Assembly: GCA_963924565.1 (NCBI GenBank)
Contig: OZ004609.1
Coordinates: 22,382,001-22,446,000 of the forward strand
Length of the DNA: 64,000 nt
DNA from: Ascidiella aspersa
Lineage: Eukaryota
Reading direction: 5' to 3'
The position numbers and the translations under genes are program-made. Positions 50,552 to 63,727 of this stretch are shown here, piece after piece. The notes under the pieces are model-generated. The model did not search any database. It was not told where the DNA came from and saw nothing but the letters and a program-made list of their open reading frames with translations. Each line of letters opens with the position of its first letter. Position 1 is the first letter of the stretch.

Positions 50552-52904
50552 ATGTCTTCTGTTGCTATTCTTGTGGCAATAGCTTTTGTTTCTACCCTTA
50601 TGATAACGTACTGGAATTCTTTAAAGTCAATCATAAAGTATAGGCATGTTGTGAGGCGACTTCCAACTATTCCAAACTGGGCCTTTCCGATAATTGGCCA
50701 TACCTACCTTTTGGCCGGAGACCCGTCTCAATTCTTTAGTTGTGTTTGTGGATTGGCTGACCGAGTGATTAAGGAATGCAAGGCGAAAATTTCAATGCTT
50801 TGGCTCGGTCCAATTCCAATGGTCTTCGTTGTCCACCCAGAAGCCGCCGAAGTGATACTTCGTAGCTCCAAGCACATGGAAAAGTCATATCTGTACACCT
50901 TTCTTCATCCCTGGCTTGGCACCGGCCTTCTTACATCCGGCGGCGAAAAATGGTTTCAGAGGAGGCGCCTAATCACGCCATCCTTCCATTTTGAGATTCT
51001 GAAGGATTTCCTTGAAGTGATGAACGAGCAAAGTCAGACCATGCTGAAATCCGTGGAAGGAAAGCTAACGTCGGGCAATAAAGTAGATCTCGGGAAGACA
51101 GTCACCCTGTGCGCTCTCGACATTATCTGCGATACAGCTATGGGAAAGACGGTCAACGCTCAGGAGAATGACGACTCAGAATACGTGAAATCACTTTACA
51201 GGTCTGTGAAAGCCATTATGTATTAAATACAAATTTCAATTAGGAATTATCTACTGGTACAAATAAAAGGTTTTAATATAGGCACTTTGATACCTTATTC
51301 AATCAAAGTAATATATTATATTAGGAAAACTATTTTTCCGCGCAAGAAACCAAAACAAATTGTACCGTACTGAGAAAAAATGAGACTCAAATATTTATGT
51401 TTTTAGCTGTACATATTTAACACAAATCTCAAAACCATTTTAGGCAATCTACTTAAAGGGTAGTCCTACTTATCTTCTTTTATTAACAAACAATGAGAAT
51501 GTAGGGATTCATTACAAATTAAACTTATTGTACAAGTAAGCTAAACAATATGTACATTGCTCACTTTGAATATTAAAAATAATTTGAAAAATAATCATGG
51601 TCAAAGCGGGCAGTAAAAATTGAAAAATGTCTCTTCGTTGAAAAATGTCTCTTTGTATAGAAAATGAGCCCGGGTCGCTAAATTTGCTTATCGGGCCGGA
51701 CAAAGTTAAATTGCTTATCGGGCCGGACAAAGGTCCGATACTTGTTATTGTGGCAAGTTACGACACAACTCGAACTTTGGAGCCCTGTTCAGAATCACTA
51801 TTTGCTAAATAAGTTAAATATTTGCTTTTTAGCAAAAATGTTAAATAAGTGCTGGATTTGCGTGTTTAGCGTTTGCTTGTTTTATAGGGTCGTACATGAA
51901 TGTACTCACGTACACATTTTACCATTAAAATAAGTGTCCATTTTTCAATAAAATATTTGCTTTAAGTTTAATAAAATAGTTTAGTTTATTTTACGATAGA
52001 AAAGCAACTAAAATGTGAAAGAGCATTTCCATGTTTTTATACTAGGATTGCTGAAATAGTGCAGCTTCGACAAAAGACGCCTCCGCTCTGGCCAGATTTC
52101 ATATTTAAACGGTTGGGAACAGGAAAAGAACACAATCACCACCTTCATGTCCTTCACAGCTTCAGCAAATCCGTCATAAACCAAAGAATCAAAGACAAAA
52201 ACGAAACAAATATTAAACGGCGTATGGCATTCCTGGACGTTTTGATTCACGCCAAAACCGAAGATGGAGATTCGCTCTCGCCCTCTGACATCCAAGAGGA
52301 GGTCGATACTTTCATGTTTGAAGGTCACGACACGACAGCTGCCGCTATGACGTGGTGCCTATATCTACTCGGAAGACACCCAGAAATACAAAAGCGCGTT
52401 CATGAGGAAATTGACGAGATTCTTCCTGGTGACCGCCAACCCGATATGGAAGACCTGAAAAAACTTAAGTACTTATCACAAGTTATCAAGGAAGCTCTTC
52501 GCCTTTATCCTTCAGTCCCATTTTACGGAAGGGTCACGACAGAAGATTGCGTGATGGATGGTCATGTTGTACCCAAAGGATCTCAGGTCGTCGTTTTCAC
52601 TTATAGCATTCATAGAAATCCGATGGTTTGGGAAAATCCAACGCGGTTCGACCCGGATCGCTTCACGAAAGAGAACAGCGTCGGTCGCCACCCATACGCC
52701 TATATTCCCTTTTCGGCTGGTCCAAGAAACTGCATCGGTCAGAAGTTTGCACAGATGGAAGAAAAGGTCATATTGCTTCAACTTCTTCGGCGTTACACTG
52801 TCACATCGCATGACGTGGAGGAAACAATAAGCAAAGATGGGGATCTTATACTTCGCCCTACTAAGCCTATTAACTTCACTATTGCAAAAAGGAGCCGCAA
52901 TTAA
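50552..52904 (+). CDS. Cytochrome P450 family 4 (CYP4V-like) #3; exons 50552-51201 and 52046-52904
   Basis: Same CYP4 motifs and same intron position as #1 and #2. Confidence 0.95.
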
Positions 52905-53248
52905 ATGTTGCATAAGGGACTTATTGCTTTGCGTTGCAATTGTAAAAAAAACAATTGTAAATATATTAATTTTGTTTGTTTTGTTGTTTCAATAAAATAG
53001 ATTTGTATGTTGGATCCAACTTTTTCCGCGATATGTTTATGATTATAGTTTCTTCAATTATGTTCCAACATTTCATTTTCGTGTGGCATTTTTTTAATGC
53101 AATAAATGTTCAATTTTGGAAGCAATTTTAATAAAAATGTCTACTTCCGTTATTAGGAGCCTACACTGGATGCCTTCGCAATTGCTCACTAAAATTGGTC
53201 GACCGAATCAGGATTGTATTGCAGGCAAGGCCAGGCTAGAAAATAACT

Positions 53249-53335
53249 AGCCTGATGTGAGGTTCGAACTCACAACCGGCCATACCGGGATAGTCGCACT
53301 ATTCTATACCAGCTAAGCGATATACAGCCTGATAG
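53249..53335 (-). mobile_element. tRNA-derived element (SINE head or tRNA pseudogene)
   Basis: A-box-like TATCGCTTAGCTGG and perfect T-arm GTGAG-TTCGAAC-CTCAC; acceptor stem does not pair. Confidence 0.6.
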
Positions 53336-54508
53336 AGGAGCACGTTGAGAAACAATCATAACACAATTGCATGCTGCATTCTATTCGCACATACAACCTC
53401 AATTAAAGAGAGAGTTAATAAAAAATAAATTTTATTGTTCTCAACTTAACAGATGTTTGACGTGCTTTGCCGTTGTGTTATAAGTCCTTCAGCGGTTTTA
53501 ATAGTTACCAATTTTCAGTTTCAAGCTAGATTTTACTTATGTTGTTTGTGGGGAAGCATTGTAGGTTAACCGATTTTACACACACGATGCCTCTGACGAA
53601 GATATTATGCTTTATTTTTTATAATCATGGGCTATAACACGAGGCTAGCAGTTTAACATGTGACCCCGTAATAAACAATGATGTAGAGCCCAAAGCATAT
53701 ACCCGACCGATTTCATACACAATAAATAACATTACTGTCGGTTACATTTTAAATTACTGTATATGGCCGTATTTGTCCTAATTCTAAATAGATTGACCAC
53801 GCTTTTGCGAGCATGTGCCTGTGGATATGTTAGACGTCACCATTCTTATCGCCTTTTACTTGCGCCTGTGCTTTTACATGCATTTTAATTGTTTTCATTT
53901 ATACTTTGACCTGATGAAGCACGGTTGTGCGAAAGCTTGTCGAGAATCAAATACAATTTGTCTTTATACAGTGCCACCTGATTTCTCTATTTTAAATTAC
54001 ACGTTCCTGTATTTTACACTTACAAGGAAATGGTAGGCCTACACGATAATATGCGATGGCGATCAACAATTAATCAACTTTGATGGCAGCAAAAGGCTCA
54101 AGATTTGCAAAACAACTTTTACTGTTTCTAACTTTAAAACTTTTATGTTTAAGAACTTCCTGATGTTTGTTACCGCGCAAAATTTAGGTATGGAGTTCGC
54201 AAAACTTTTCCGTTTAATGCGGCGGTTTTAATAGTAACCAATTTTAATTTTACGTACTTAATTTTTGGACGCAATATGGTACCGGGATTACCTGTAAAAC
54301 CTCTTGACGAAAAGGTTCAAACTGTTTCAAACATTTATAAGGCAATAACCTGCGTGAAGTACGGTAGGCTACATTGCCTGGGTAAAAATGAAATTTCATG
54401 TGGCAAAGTTTATACTTTTATGTTTAATAGCTTTTTACAATATGGTGGTTATTGTAGCAGGTATAATTAACTTTTAACCAGTTAGAATAACTGGTAAATA
54501 TTCTATTC

Positions 54509-54538
54509 ACTCTGTGCAACGTCGGGTATATCGTCTAG
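54509..54538 (+). mobile_element. Helitron-like 3' terminus
   Basis: Imperfect hairpin CTCTGTGCAACGTCGGG followed by CTAG|T; similar degenerate end near 62005-62030. Confidence 0.4.
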
Positions 54539-55457
54539 TATTATTTAATACGCTTTATTAGGGCGAAAACATGCCAGTTGGGCTAAAAAAAACATCAAAA
54601 GACTCAAAAACTTACACAAAATTATAAAGTGATTTTTGTCACTTATTTGGCTTACTTTGCTCGAATAAATGTGATTTGGGTATTTTTTTAAACTTTTGAT
54701 AAAGCCATGATGGGTCACTAAAAAGGAATGTCTGATAATATCATATCGGAGGCGATACCGGATGCCAAGTGGTATTGGTAGTATCGATACTCCTGTGGTA
54801 TAGTTCAGTGGTGTCGGTGCCAATCCGATACCAATTTATTATGTGAATTTTATCCATAATTTACGATCCAAGACTACGCTACAGACCCTTTTCAAAAAAT
54901 AAATTTTTCAGGCATTCGCCGATCACGCATTAATGCTTCTGACAGGAACTGAATTAAACAAATGAATCGAACCTTAGAATTTTTGCAAAACAACTTTAAA
55001 ATGGTGATTTATTATAAGTCACATCACTATGTTGTTGTGTAGTAATGTTGATTGTACGTAAAATAGCTTTAGTACATGCAGTGACAGCAAACTGACTTAA
55101 AAATAACTAAAAATATTTAGTGGACAAGCCAAGCGTAGCCAAACAAAAACAGGATGCACATCTAATAATCATATAAGTTTTTCTACTTTTGTTATTTCGT
55201 CAACCAAACGCTAACCCGCACCCTAACCCAAACAATATGCGTTGTGGTATGCGACATTTAAAGAAAGTTTTTTTTATCAATTTTCACATATATAATAAAA
55301 GAGCGCCCATTTTCGTCCTGGGGTTTATGTTGCTACAACATTTGGGTTGGGTAGGTCAAGTAATATGATTATTATATAATTCTATCATATTTATGCCTTT
55401 TCATGGAATTTTTAAACATTATTGACCAATACATTAATTTTGGAGCCACTATTCCTG

Positions 55458-56261
55458 GGGTAATACTAATTTACGGAATGATGAATGGTCGGAACGCTCA
55501 CTAATTTACGGAATGGTCGGAATGGAATGAATAGGGCTGAAACTAATTTGATGAATGGTCGGAACGGAATGAACTGTCGGAACTATCGGAATGGAATGAA
55601 TGATGCTGAAGGAGCAGAATGAAATGAACGAAGCTGTAGGAACAGAATGAACTGTCCGAATAGAACGAACTGTTGGAATGGAATGAAGGACGCTGTAGGA
55701 GCAGAATAACCTGTCGGAATGAAATGAACGAAGCTGTAGGAACAGAATGAACTGTCCGAATATAAAACGCAGCTGTTAGGGTTAGGGTTACAGTTCATTC
55801 CTAACCCTCACCCTAAAAGCTTCGTTCATTTCATTCCGACAGTTCATTCCTAACCCTAACCCTAACAGCTTCGTTCATCTCATTCCAACAGTTCATTCTG
55901 TTCTTACAGCTTCGTTTATTTCATTCCGACAGTTCATTCTGTTCCTACAGCTTCGTTTATTTCATTCAGACTGTTCATTCTGTTCCTACAGCTTCGTTCA
56001 TTTCATTCCGACAGTTCATTCTGTTCCTACAGCTTCGTTCATTTCATTCCGACAGTTCATTCTGTTCCTACAGCTTCGTTCATTTCATTCCGACAGTTCA
56101 TTCCGTTCCGACAGTTCATTCTGTTCCTACAGCTTCGTTCATTTCATTCCTACAGTTCATCATATTCCTACAGCTTCGTTTATTCCATTCCGACAATTCC
56201 GACCATTCCGTAAATTAGTGAGCGTTCCGACCATTCATCATTCTGTAAATTAGTGTTACCC
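55458..56261. mobile_element. Foldback (MULE-like) element with modular TIRs and an internal 41-bp minisatellite
   Basis: Perfect 9-bp TSD ctattcctg (55449-55457 and 56262-56270); TIR GGGTAATACTAATTTACGGAATGATGAATGGTCGGAACG; 41-bp unit acagttcattctgttcctacagcttcgttcatttcattccg; TTAGGG/CCCTAA tracts at the centre. Confidence 0.85.
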
Positions 56262-56671
56262 CTATTCCTGTAAAATTCAGTATAGTGATACAAATGAAAC
56301 TAAAATCTTCCATAAACCTTTTTATAATTGGCCTGTAGCCCCACAAGGATCATTTACAAGGGCTGCTAGGCCAGTCTGGAAAGTATGGCAGATTTTGACA
56401 AGATCTTGTTGGCAAACGGCCTGCATTTTATGATTTTCCGATGCACTCTGTATGGCATACATTGCACTGTAAACCACCAATACAAACTAAGTATAGTTTA
56501 CTAATACAAACTAAGTATAGTCAACCCAGTTTACTAAATTAGACCCAGAGGGACGACCATAGATATAGCTAAAAGATCTTTCAAGCCTAGTGTTCATTCT
56601 GTTAAATCTTAGATGGCATCCTTTTCGTCATACTTACAACATAACAATTTTTTGATAACATCTTAGTTGGT

Positions 56672-56812
56672 TACACTATGCACGGATCTGTAATGTAGCT
56701 TAATAATAAATTTCAAAGCCAAAAAGGTCGAGTAGATGATACAAGTTCGTATCGAAACGTCTTAATCAAGATGCTGTCGATCTACTCGACCTTTTTGGCT
56801 TTGAAATTTATG
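56672..56812. mobile_element. Penelope-like inverted remnant, same family as the 25.7-kb copy
   Basis: Perfect 32-bp arms 56706-56737 / 56780-56811; loop AGATGATACAAGTTCGTATCGAAACGTCTTAAT; 9-bp direct repeat ttagttggt. Confidence 0.7.
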
Positions 56813-57095
56813 TTAGTTGGTCATATAAAACCATATGAAGCTTATATTTTTTAAGTGTTATCTCCTTTAAATTTATTTCCTTGTGTCTTTTTAATATAGT
56901 TTTATCGCATATAAGTCAATTGCATGTTTTAATTTGTTTAAAAAAAAATATCTTTCAAAAGCAACTCCGACAAATAAATACTTTTGTTTAGTTTACAAAG
57001 CATATGTAAACTCTAATGCACTTTCTAGGCTTAAGGTCTAACTTTTGTTTCAAAGCGATTTCTTGCCAATTGTTTGATTGCATGTGTGTAAAAGC

Positions 57096-59987
57096 ATGGA
57101 TGGGATTTTCATTTTCCCTCCATCAACAATTCGTACAAGTAGAGATGATACCGACTGCATTGGAAAGGGAACCTTTGGTGAAGTTCGTCATGTTTATCAC
57201 AAAAAACTAGGAGAAGCAGCGGTAAAGATCTTTCGCATCACTGGAACCTTGGATCGACAACAAAACATCATTCGAACGTAAGTTTAGTTGCATGGAATGT
57301 TTTTAGTGCTTTACATTTGTCAGTGCTGCGTAAAAAGGCTGTAAACCTCCAAATCAGTCTTCTAACTGGGGATAAGTCATTTTTGGTAGGAATTCTGAAC
57401 AAATTATTCTTCAAGTGTTGCGTAATATGGTATTGCATAAAGCAAACTGCAAATATTGTTTATGTAATGTCATCTCTTAAAAACGAAACAAAAATCTTAG
57501 ATTTTTTTAGTTTTGATCAACTCAAAGGAACTAAACCTTGTTTTAAAATTGGCTGATTAAAAATTAGTCTCCATTTTCTCACTGTAACAGAATTGCTTCT
57601 GCTTGTGGTATGAAATTTATTTAATACCTTCAGGGAAAGGCATGTACGTCAAATAGAACAAGTGCGCAATAAACAAACAAATTATATATCCACTGTTTTA
57701 AACCACATAATTATAATGTTTAAACTTTTTTAAGCAGGCACAAATAATCATACTATTGCCTCAAAATATATACATTTATATATGTATTTTTTTGGTTTTC
57801 AGCCTAATTATAGTTGTGTTTGATTTATGTAATCTCCTTATTTTTCCAACACATTCAAACAGGGCAAAAAAAGAGGCTGACATACTGGTGTACATCAACC
57901 ATGAATATGTGGTGAGATGCCATGGAGTCGTTCAGTGGTCCAACTATTTTGCTATAATCATGGACTACATCAACGGTGGAACACTTCATGACTTGCTGCA
58001 TGATCAATCAGTTGTACGCTTTCCCTTGGCATTGAGATTCAGGATGATGCACGAGTTGAGCGATGCGATGCGTTATCTGCACAACTCTGGAAACGACGAA
58101 CGAGTGGTGCATAGCGATCTGAAGTCCAGCAACATCTTTGTCACCTCTGACCTTCATATCAGAGTCGGTGACTTTGGAGCTGCATCGCTGGCCACCAAGA
58201 CTTCTGATCGCAGCAGCCAAGCACCACGGGCAACAAGTTCTGCATACACCATCGTATATGCTGCCCCAGAGTTTCTGACTGCCATCTATGGACTGAGGAC
58301 AACTTCTATGGATATTTACAGGTTTTTTTAGTTTAGTTTTTCAATATGTTATTTTTATCATTGTGTTAGGAGGGTCATGGACAGAGCACACAATCAGCCA
58401 GTCACTTTAGCAAAGAACAATTTGTTATGAGTAAGCTACAAAAAGCTCATTAGTTAATTTCAGTGATAATATACCACATGTACCTCCTTTTTGTAAGTGC
58501 TAATATTATTTTTTGTTCGCTCTGTTACACTCACTGTCCCAGGCAGCAATGTTTTTTTAATATATTTTGGTCAAGCGTAAGCATTTTACGTCACTTTTGT
58601 ACCCTTACGCATTTAGAGTCATTGCAAACTCCGCACCTGGTATCACATGTTTAGCTGCTCATCCAGTAATACTTAAAAGACACTTAATGACTAGGCGAAT
58701 TGTTTGGCCAGCTAGAAATGTGTCGCCACAGCAGCAGGCCTTTACCCTAACTTACCACTCTCATATGTACAATTAGCCGCAACCTAATCAGCAAAACCAA
58801 AATACTAAAACTATTTTTTATTGAAAAAAATTACATAAATTCAACTCAGAACTACCCGCTGTAAACAACAGAATTGAATATGAATCCAATTCAAGTTTAA
58901 ATTAAGGATTTAATATTCTACATGGAACATCCCTAGATGTATGTTATTATTGAACATTATTGGTACTTTGCAATCAAGGATCGCCAAGAACATTTTACAT
59001 TACAGATTTGTGCATTGTGTACCCAATTATTGGTACTCATCATCTATGTGAAAACATTAATTATTATTTCAAAATAATCTTTTCGATTTTCTTGTGCTAT
59101 TTCTATATAGCCTTCCATGATTTATTTAGGTGAAAGGTGGCCTCTGATATGTTTGTTAAAGGTGACCATCACATGAAGCTAACTTCAGTCACACTATCCA
59201 AGTCAAGGGCAAGTCGCAAATGAAAAAAACTGTGCCTTTTATCCACAGCCTTGGAATGGTGTTGTATGAGATCGTCACACGGCTTATGCCATTTTGCGAA
59301 ATAATGAGGGATGCTCCTTCTCAATCCGAGCGAGCTCGTGCCCTCACAGATGCAATCGGCAATGGACAGCGACCCGACCCTGCTAATCTAGATGCTGTAC
59401 GGGAAGAGGCATTAAGAACAAGTGATGTGTGTCTTCGCCATCTCGTCTCAACCATTCCTCTCATCATAAGATGCTGGAGCGCAACACCCAGCGAAAGACC
59501 AAAGATTGAATATAGTAAGAATGTTTTTCAGCACATAAATTTACTTCCAAGTGTTGGCATTGTTAAGTTTTGCACTTATTTTACAAATACTCTAGCAAAC
59601 AATGGATTAAGAAGTTAATGTAAAGTAACTTTAACGACTGAATACTCAGACAACTTTTATCATGATATGTATCAAAACTATAGTTTATTTGTAACTGCCG
59701 AGTATGCATCCTTTTCCTTGCTACTATAAATTATATTATATCACAAAACGAAGCTTGTTTTTTTATTTTTTTTGCAGTTACGGCTAACTAACACAGCTTT
59801 TGATTGTTTAATAAACTTATATAATACATCTCCAACAGTTGAAAATCACTTCAGCGAAATCAGGAAAACGTTTAACCTTGTGGCCATTTTGAAAGAAGTT
59901 ACAATGGTTGTCAACCAACGTTCCCTGCATCAACAACCGCCAAGTGATGACAACATCAGAGTTGGAATTGGTGAAATCAACTTGTAG
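57096..59987 (+). CDS. RIPK-like TKL Ser/Thr kinase; exons approx. 57096-57277, 57862-58321, 59249-59514, 59839-59987
   Basis: GKGTFG, AAVK, HSDLKSSN, VGDFG, YTIVYAAPEFL, DIYSLGMVLYE, CWSATPSERP. Confidence 0.85.
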
Positions 59988-62220
59988 ATTTACTATATGG
60001 AACAGTTGTGCGTTCTATTAAAGTCTAGGCTTTTTTATATTTTTATTGTGCTCTCGGCCTAAGAACTTCAATAGATATTCCTTGATGAATTAAATGTGTG
60101 TAAATGCTAAGTTTTATTTTTCTGTGACGTATTTTGCCTTCACCATGTAAGTTACTGGTGCAAAATTTTAGATGATGTAATCTTAATCTGTGGTTCTTAA
60201 ACTTTTGTGTAATGAACTTCAAAAAACTATTTTTTCAGTTGTAAATATATGTCGCGCTTCGCGCTATCAAAACAGCTTTACAATGACCTTATATTTGACA
60301 TTGGACTAAACCTTCGTTTTCTTGAGTGATCAAAGATAGCATCTTATATTTGATTTCATGTTTGTAAGACAGATGCATAAATTTCCACGTATGTTGTTCA
60401 TATTGAGATGACTTGTAAAGCATCTTGGCACTGCTCTTTTTTAAATGCAATTTCTACGTTTTATTACTTTTGTGACTGTTGTATTTTCGTATTGGTAATC
60501 ATGCTATGTCTGAACTATATCTATAAACATGCTTTTTTCTGTATTTCCAGTATCAATTATTATTACGTTATTCTATAAACCTTTTTTTTCACTCCCATTT
60601 TGCCGGATTTCTACTAATGCCTTGATGATGGATAAATGCTTTTCGAAAAGCTTTTTAATTCAATCTATATGTGTGTTAAAAAAAATGAATTGAAAATTAT
60701 TGGGAGTTACATTGTTTTGTTCATCTGTGCCCAACTATATATGTCGAGGGCTTTAAAACGCGATTTCTTTTGCATAGCTGGCCAATGTTGCATGCACAAT
60801 CTTTAGCCCGCTGTGTAATCGTTCATGACTAACTAAGCACATTAAATATACAAACATCTAATTTAAATAAATATTTTTAGCTATTTTTTTAAATAGCTCT
60901 AAGAGGGGCTGCTCTGGAATTCCTGATTTGTAGCATAACAAGTTTAAGACACGACTGTAAAAAAATACCTAAAACAAGCAACAAACAGAAATCTGCTCTA
61001 CCCAGCCTTGTGACAGAGTATGTAACTAAAAAATGAGTTTAAATCCATTCAGCTAAATTGTTTCGAGGGCAGGAGCGGATCCAGCAGTTTTCTTTGGAGG
61101 GTATAAAATTTCAGAAATAGCGCCATAAACAAGTAATCCATACCTGCTGTTCGCGAGTTAACTCGTGTTATGCAACTTAAATAGAGTATACAGAATGCGT
61201 TTATAGTTTACACTCAGTTTCGACCTGCTCACGTCGGACTCCGGTAGTGTTACGTGGACTTAATCAATTCCCGAGTTCAACTCCAGCAAAATAAACCGAC
61301 TCTGGCTCCGCAGCCCTGGTTGACAACACGTTTAGGTTCTCGCTTTAATTATTGCAACAGGATCATCAAAGTCATACGCATTTAAGAAAAAACAAATAAA
61401 GGGGTTAGTGCTGATTACGCTACAACCAGACATGTTCGGTTTGATGGCTTAAACGCGACAATTTTAAGATGTTAAAGTGGTAATAAAACTCCTGTGGTTC
61501 GGTTTTCAGTTTATATAACACGTATAGGACGGCGATAATTTAATTCGCCGTGGACTGCTAACATCTAGTTTAAAAGTATTTTATATAGAACCCAGCCATT
61601 CCTAAATAAATATTTTTAACCAGGCTGTCACAGGCTATAGGCCTATTCAAAATTTGCAATGTTTAAACAGACTGGTGCTGCGAATATAATGTGCCTACTT
61701 GTCTGCCGGTTGGTTCTTCTGTAGTCAGTCAGTCTTCTGCATGTTGCAAAAGGAAAAACGGATGAAGCTCAAGTGAGCAAAAAAAGGAATTACTTGTAGC
61801 CAGACACACAGAGGAAGGGGACACACAAACGAAAAAATCGATCAGGATTTTCTATTTTAAAAACCGTTATCATTCCCTCTTGCACAGAGAGCAATTAACG
61901 CCATTTCGTCTGGCGCGTTTCTCTTGGGAAAAAAATTCGTAGTTGTACATACCAGTGAGTTTAAGGCGTGATGTATTAAAACTGGTTAATATTGGACTAA
62001 ATAACCAGGACAACGCTGGGTATATCTTGTAACTCATAAGTGTCGCATAAATCTAAGCGTTGGGCGTTGAGAGGTTATGTAAGGAGGCCACCACTCATAT
62101 GATGTTGAGAACTATTGCTTATAGGCCTAATATAGGCATTCGGGACTTTTGGTTCATAAATTAAAAAATCATTTTTGTGAAACACAAATTTATTTTATTT
62201 ATAAGATTATGGTTTGCGAA

Positions 62221-63727
62221 TCACCAGCAGCACTTCTTCTTTCTCTTAGCAGCATTCAGTTCAAGTTCTATTGATTCGCCGACTATATCCGCCGGACTGT
62301 TTGTACCTTCAACTTTTGCATTCACCTGAAGCATCCTTAAATAATAAAAAATGATGTAGATTTTTTAATTTGCAAACCGCTATGCTAACAGGTTCGTTGA
62401 ATCTAACTTTTCGAAATTGCATGTCGAATATTAAAATGTAAATTCGTGAAAAATATGTTGATGAACATACACAATATTGACTAAAACACAAATTTAGTGT
62501 TCACAAATATCACTACGTTTTTCGTATTTGGGCATTTGGTATGGCTCAGACAAACAACATATCATTTAAAGGGGGCATCTAGTTAAAGATATACTAATCC
62601 AGGCGGAGTTACCAGGGTTGCTCATTCTCACTAACACAAATAACTGCATTATTCGTAAGGGTACTCCGATCAACTTATTCTACTAAGCTCTTTCGACGTT
62701 GCAAGTAATTTTACGTTTAGGCAAACTGCAGTCCAATGCTAAGCGGATCCAGGGAAATTTACTTATACCTGCATAAACACTCGAAGGCTTCGGCAACGTT
62801 TTCGCCCGTTTTCGCGCTGACTAACGTAAAGGCTGCGCCGCACTCTTCCGCCATCAAGCAGCCGTCGTTGTAGGTGACTTCTGCCTTACAATCCATTTTG
62901 TTACCAAGCAACATAATCTTGGTATTATTCCACGCAGGCTCCTAAAAATTTCTTCGTTAACTTTGGTCCGCTATTAGCAGTGCACAAAAGTTAAACAAAA
63001 GTATGATAGATCAATGGAACAACTGTACGTGCTGCTGTCTCTCGAGTTTCCATTTTTGTAAGATTTAACTTCCTGTATGTCGTTGATAAAAAGTTTCGCA
63101 AGTCGCACTTGAATGAATTATTTTTATGTTAAACTTAAGACAAGTACATAGAATAAGTCAATTTTATTAATATTAAAGATGCATCGCTGACAGTGGTTTA
63201 ATTGTTGTCTACAATGCAGCTGTCAATACAACGAAATGTGGCGTAGAAAACCTGTAACTTAAATGAGCTTTAATATTTAATGTGTTGTAAATTTACTAAT
63301 ACGGAGTATCAGTTAATTGTGAAGGCACGGTAACTTAAGTGCTGTAAATTGAAATTATACTTTGATTTCACGGGAATTTTCTGCGGTGAAAGAAACTTAA
63401 TTTGTGACGTTCTGACAAAGCTTAAAACATCGCCTAACAAGTTCGGTTTGAACCACAGCCCACGTATCTGACTAATTAAAAATATTCAGTTTTAAGAACG
63501 CGTGTCAAACTAACAAAACAGAGAACCTACCGTTGAGCTCTGAATCCAATGGCGAACATTCTTCATGCTTTTCTCGTTTGTGACGTCATATACCAGCATT
63601 ATACCATCGGCGTTGCGAAAGAAGGACTTGGGGATGCTGCGAAACCTCTCTTGGCCCGCTGTGTCCCATATTTGGAGCGCGGCGACGCCATCCGGAGTAG
63701 TGATATTCTTCAGTTGATAAGTGATGT
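62221..63727 (-). CDS. Last three exons of a Rab GTPase resembling RASEF/Rab45-CRACR2/Rab46-Rab44; 5' part beyond the window
   Basis: [33 protein letters not shown] | [10 protein letters not shown]...VSAKTG | ...[10 protein letters not shown]. Confidence 0.85.

Noticed and set aside
44800-52913. Antisense and alternative-frame ORFs over the CYP exons that look conserved between copies
   Set aside because: By-product of nucleotide identity between the converted CYP paralogs
53249-53335. Functional tRNA gene
   Set aside because: Acceptor stem has about 3 mismatches and there is no convincing anticodon arm
55790-56200. CRISPR-like array or true telomere
   Set aside because: Tandem units have no unique spacers, there are only a few TTAGGG units, and all lie inside a foldback element in eukaryotic DNA
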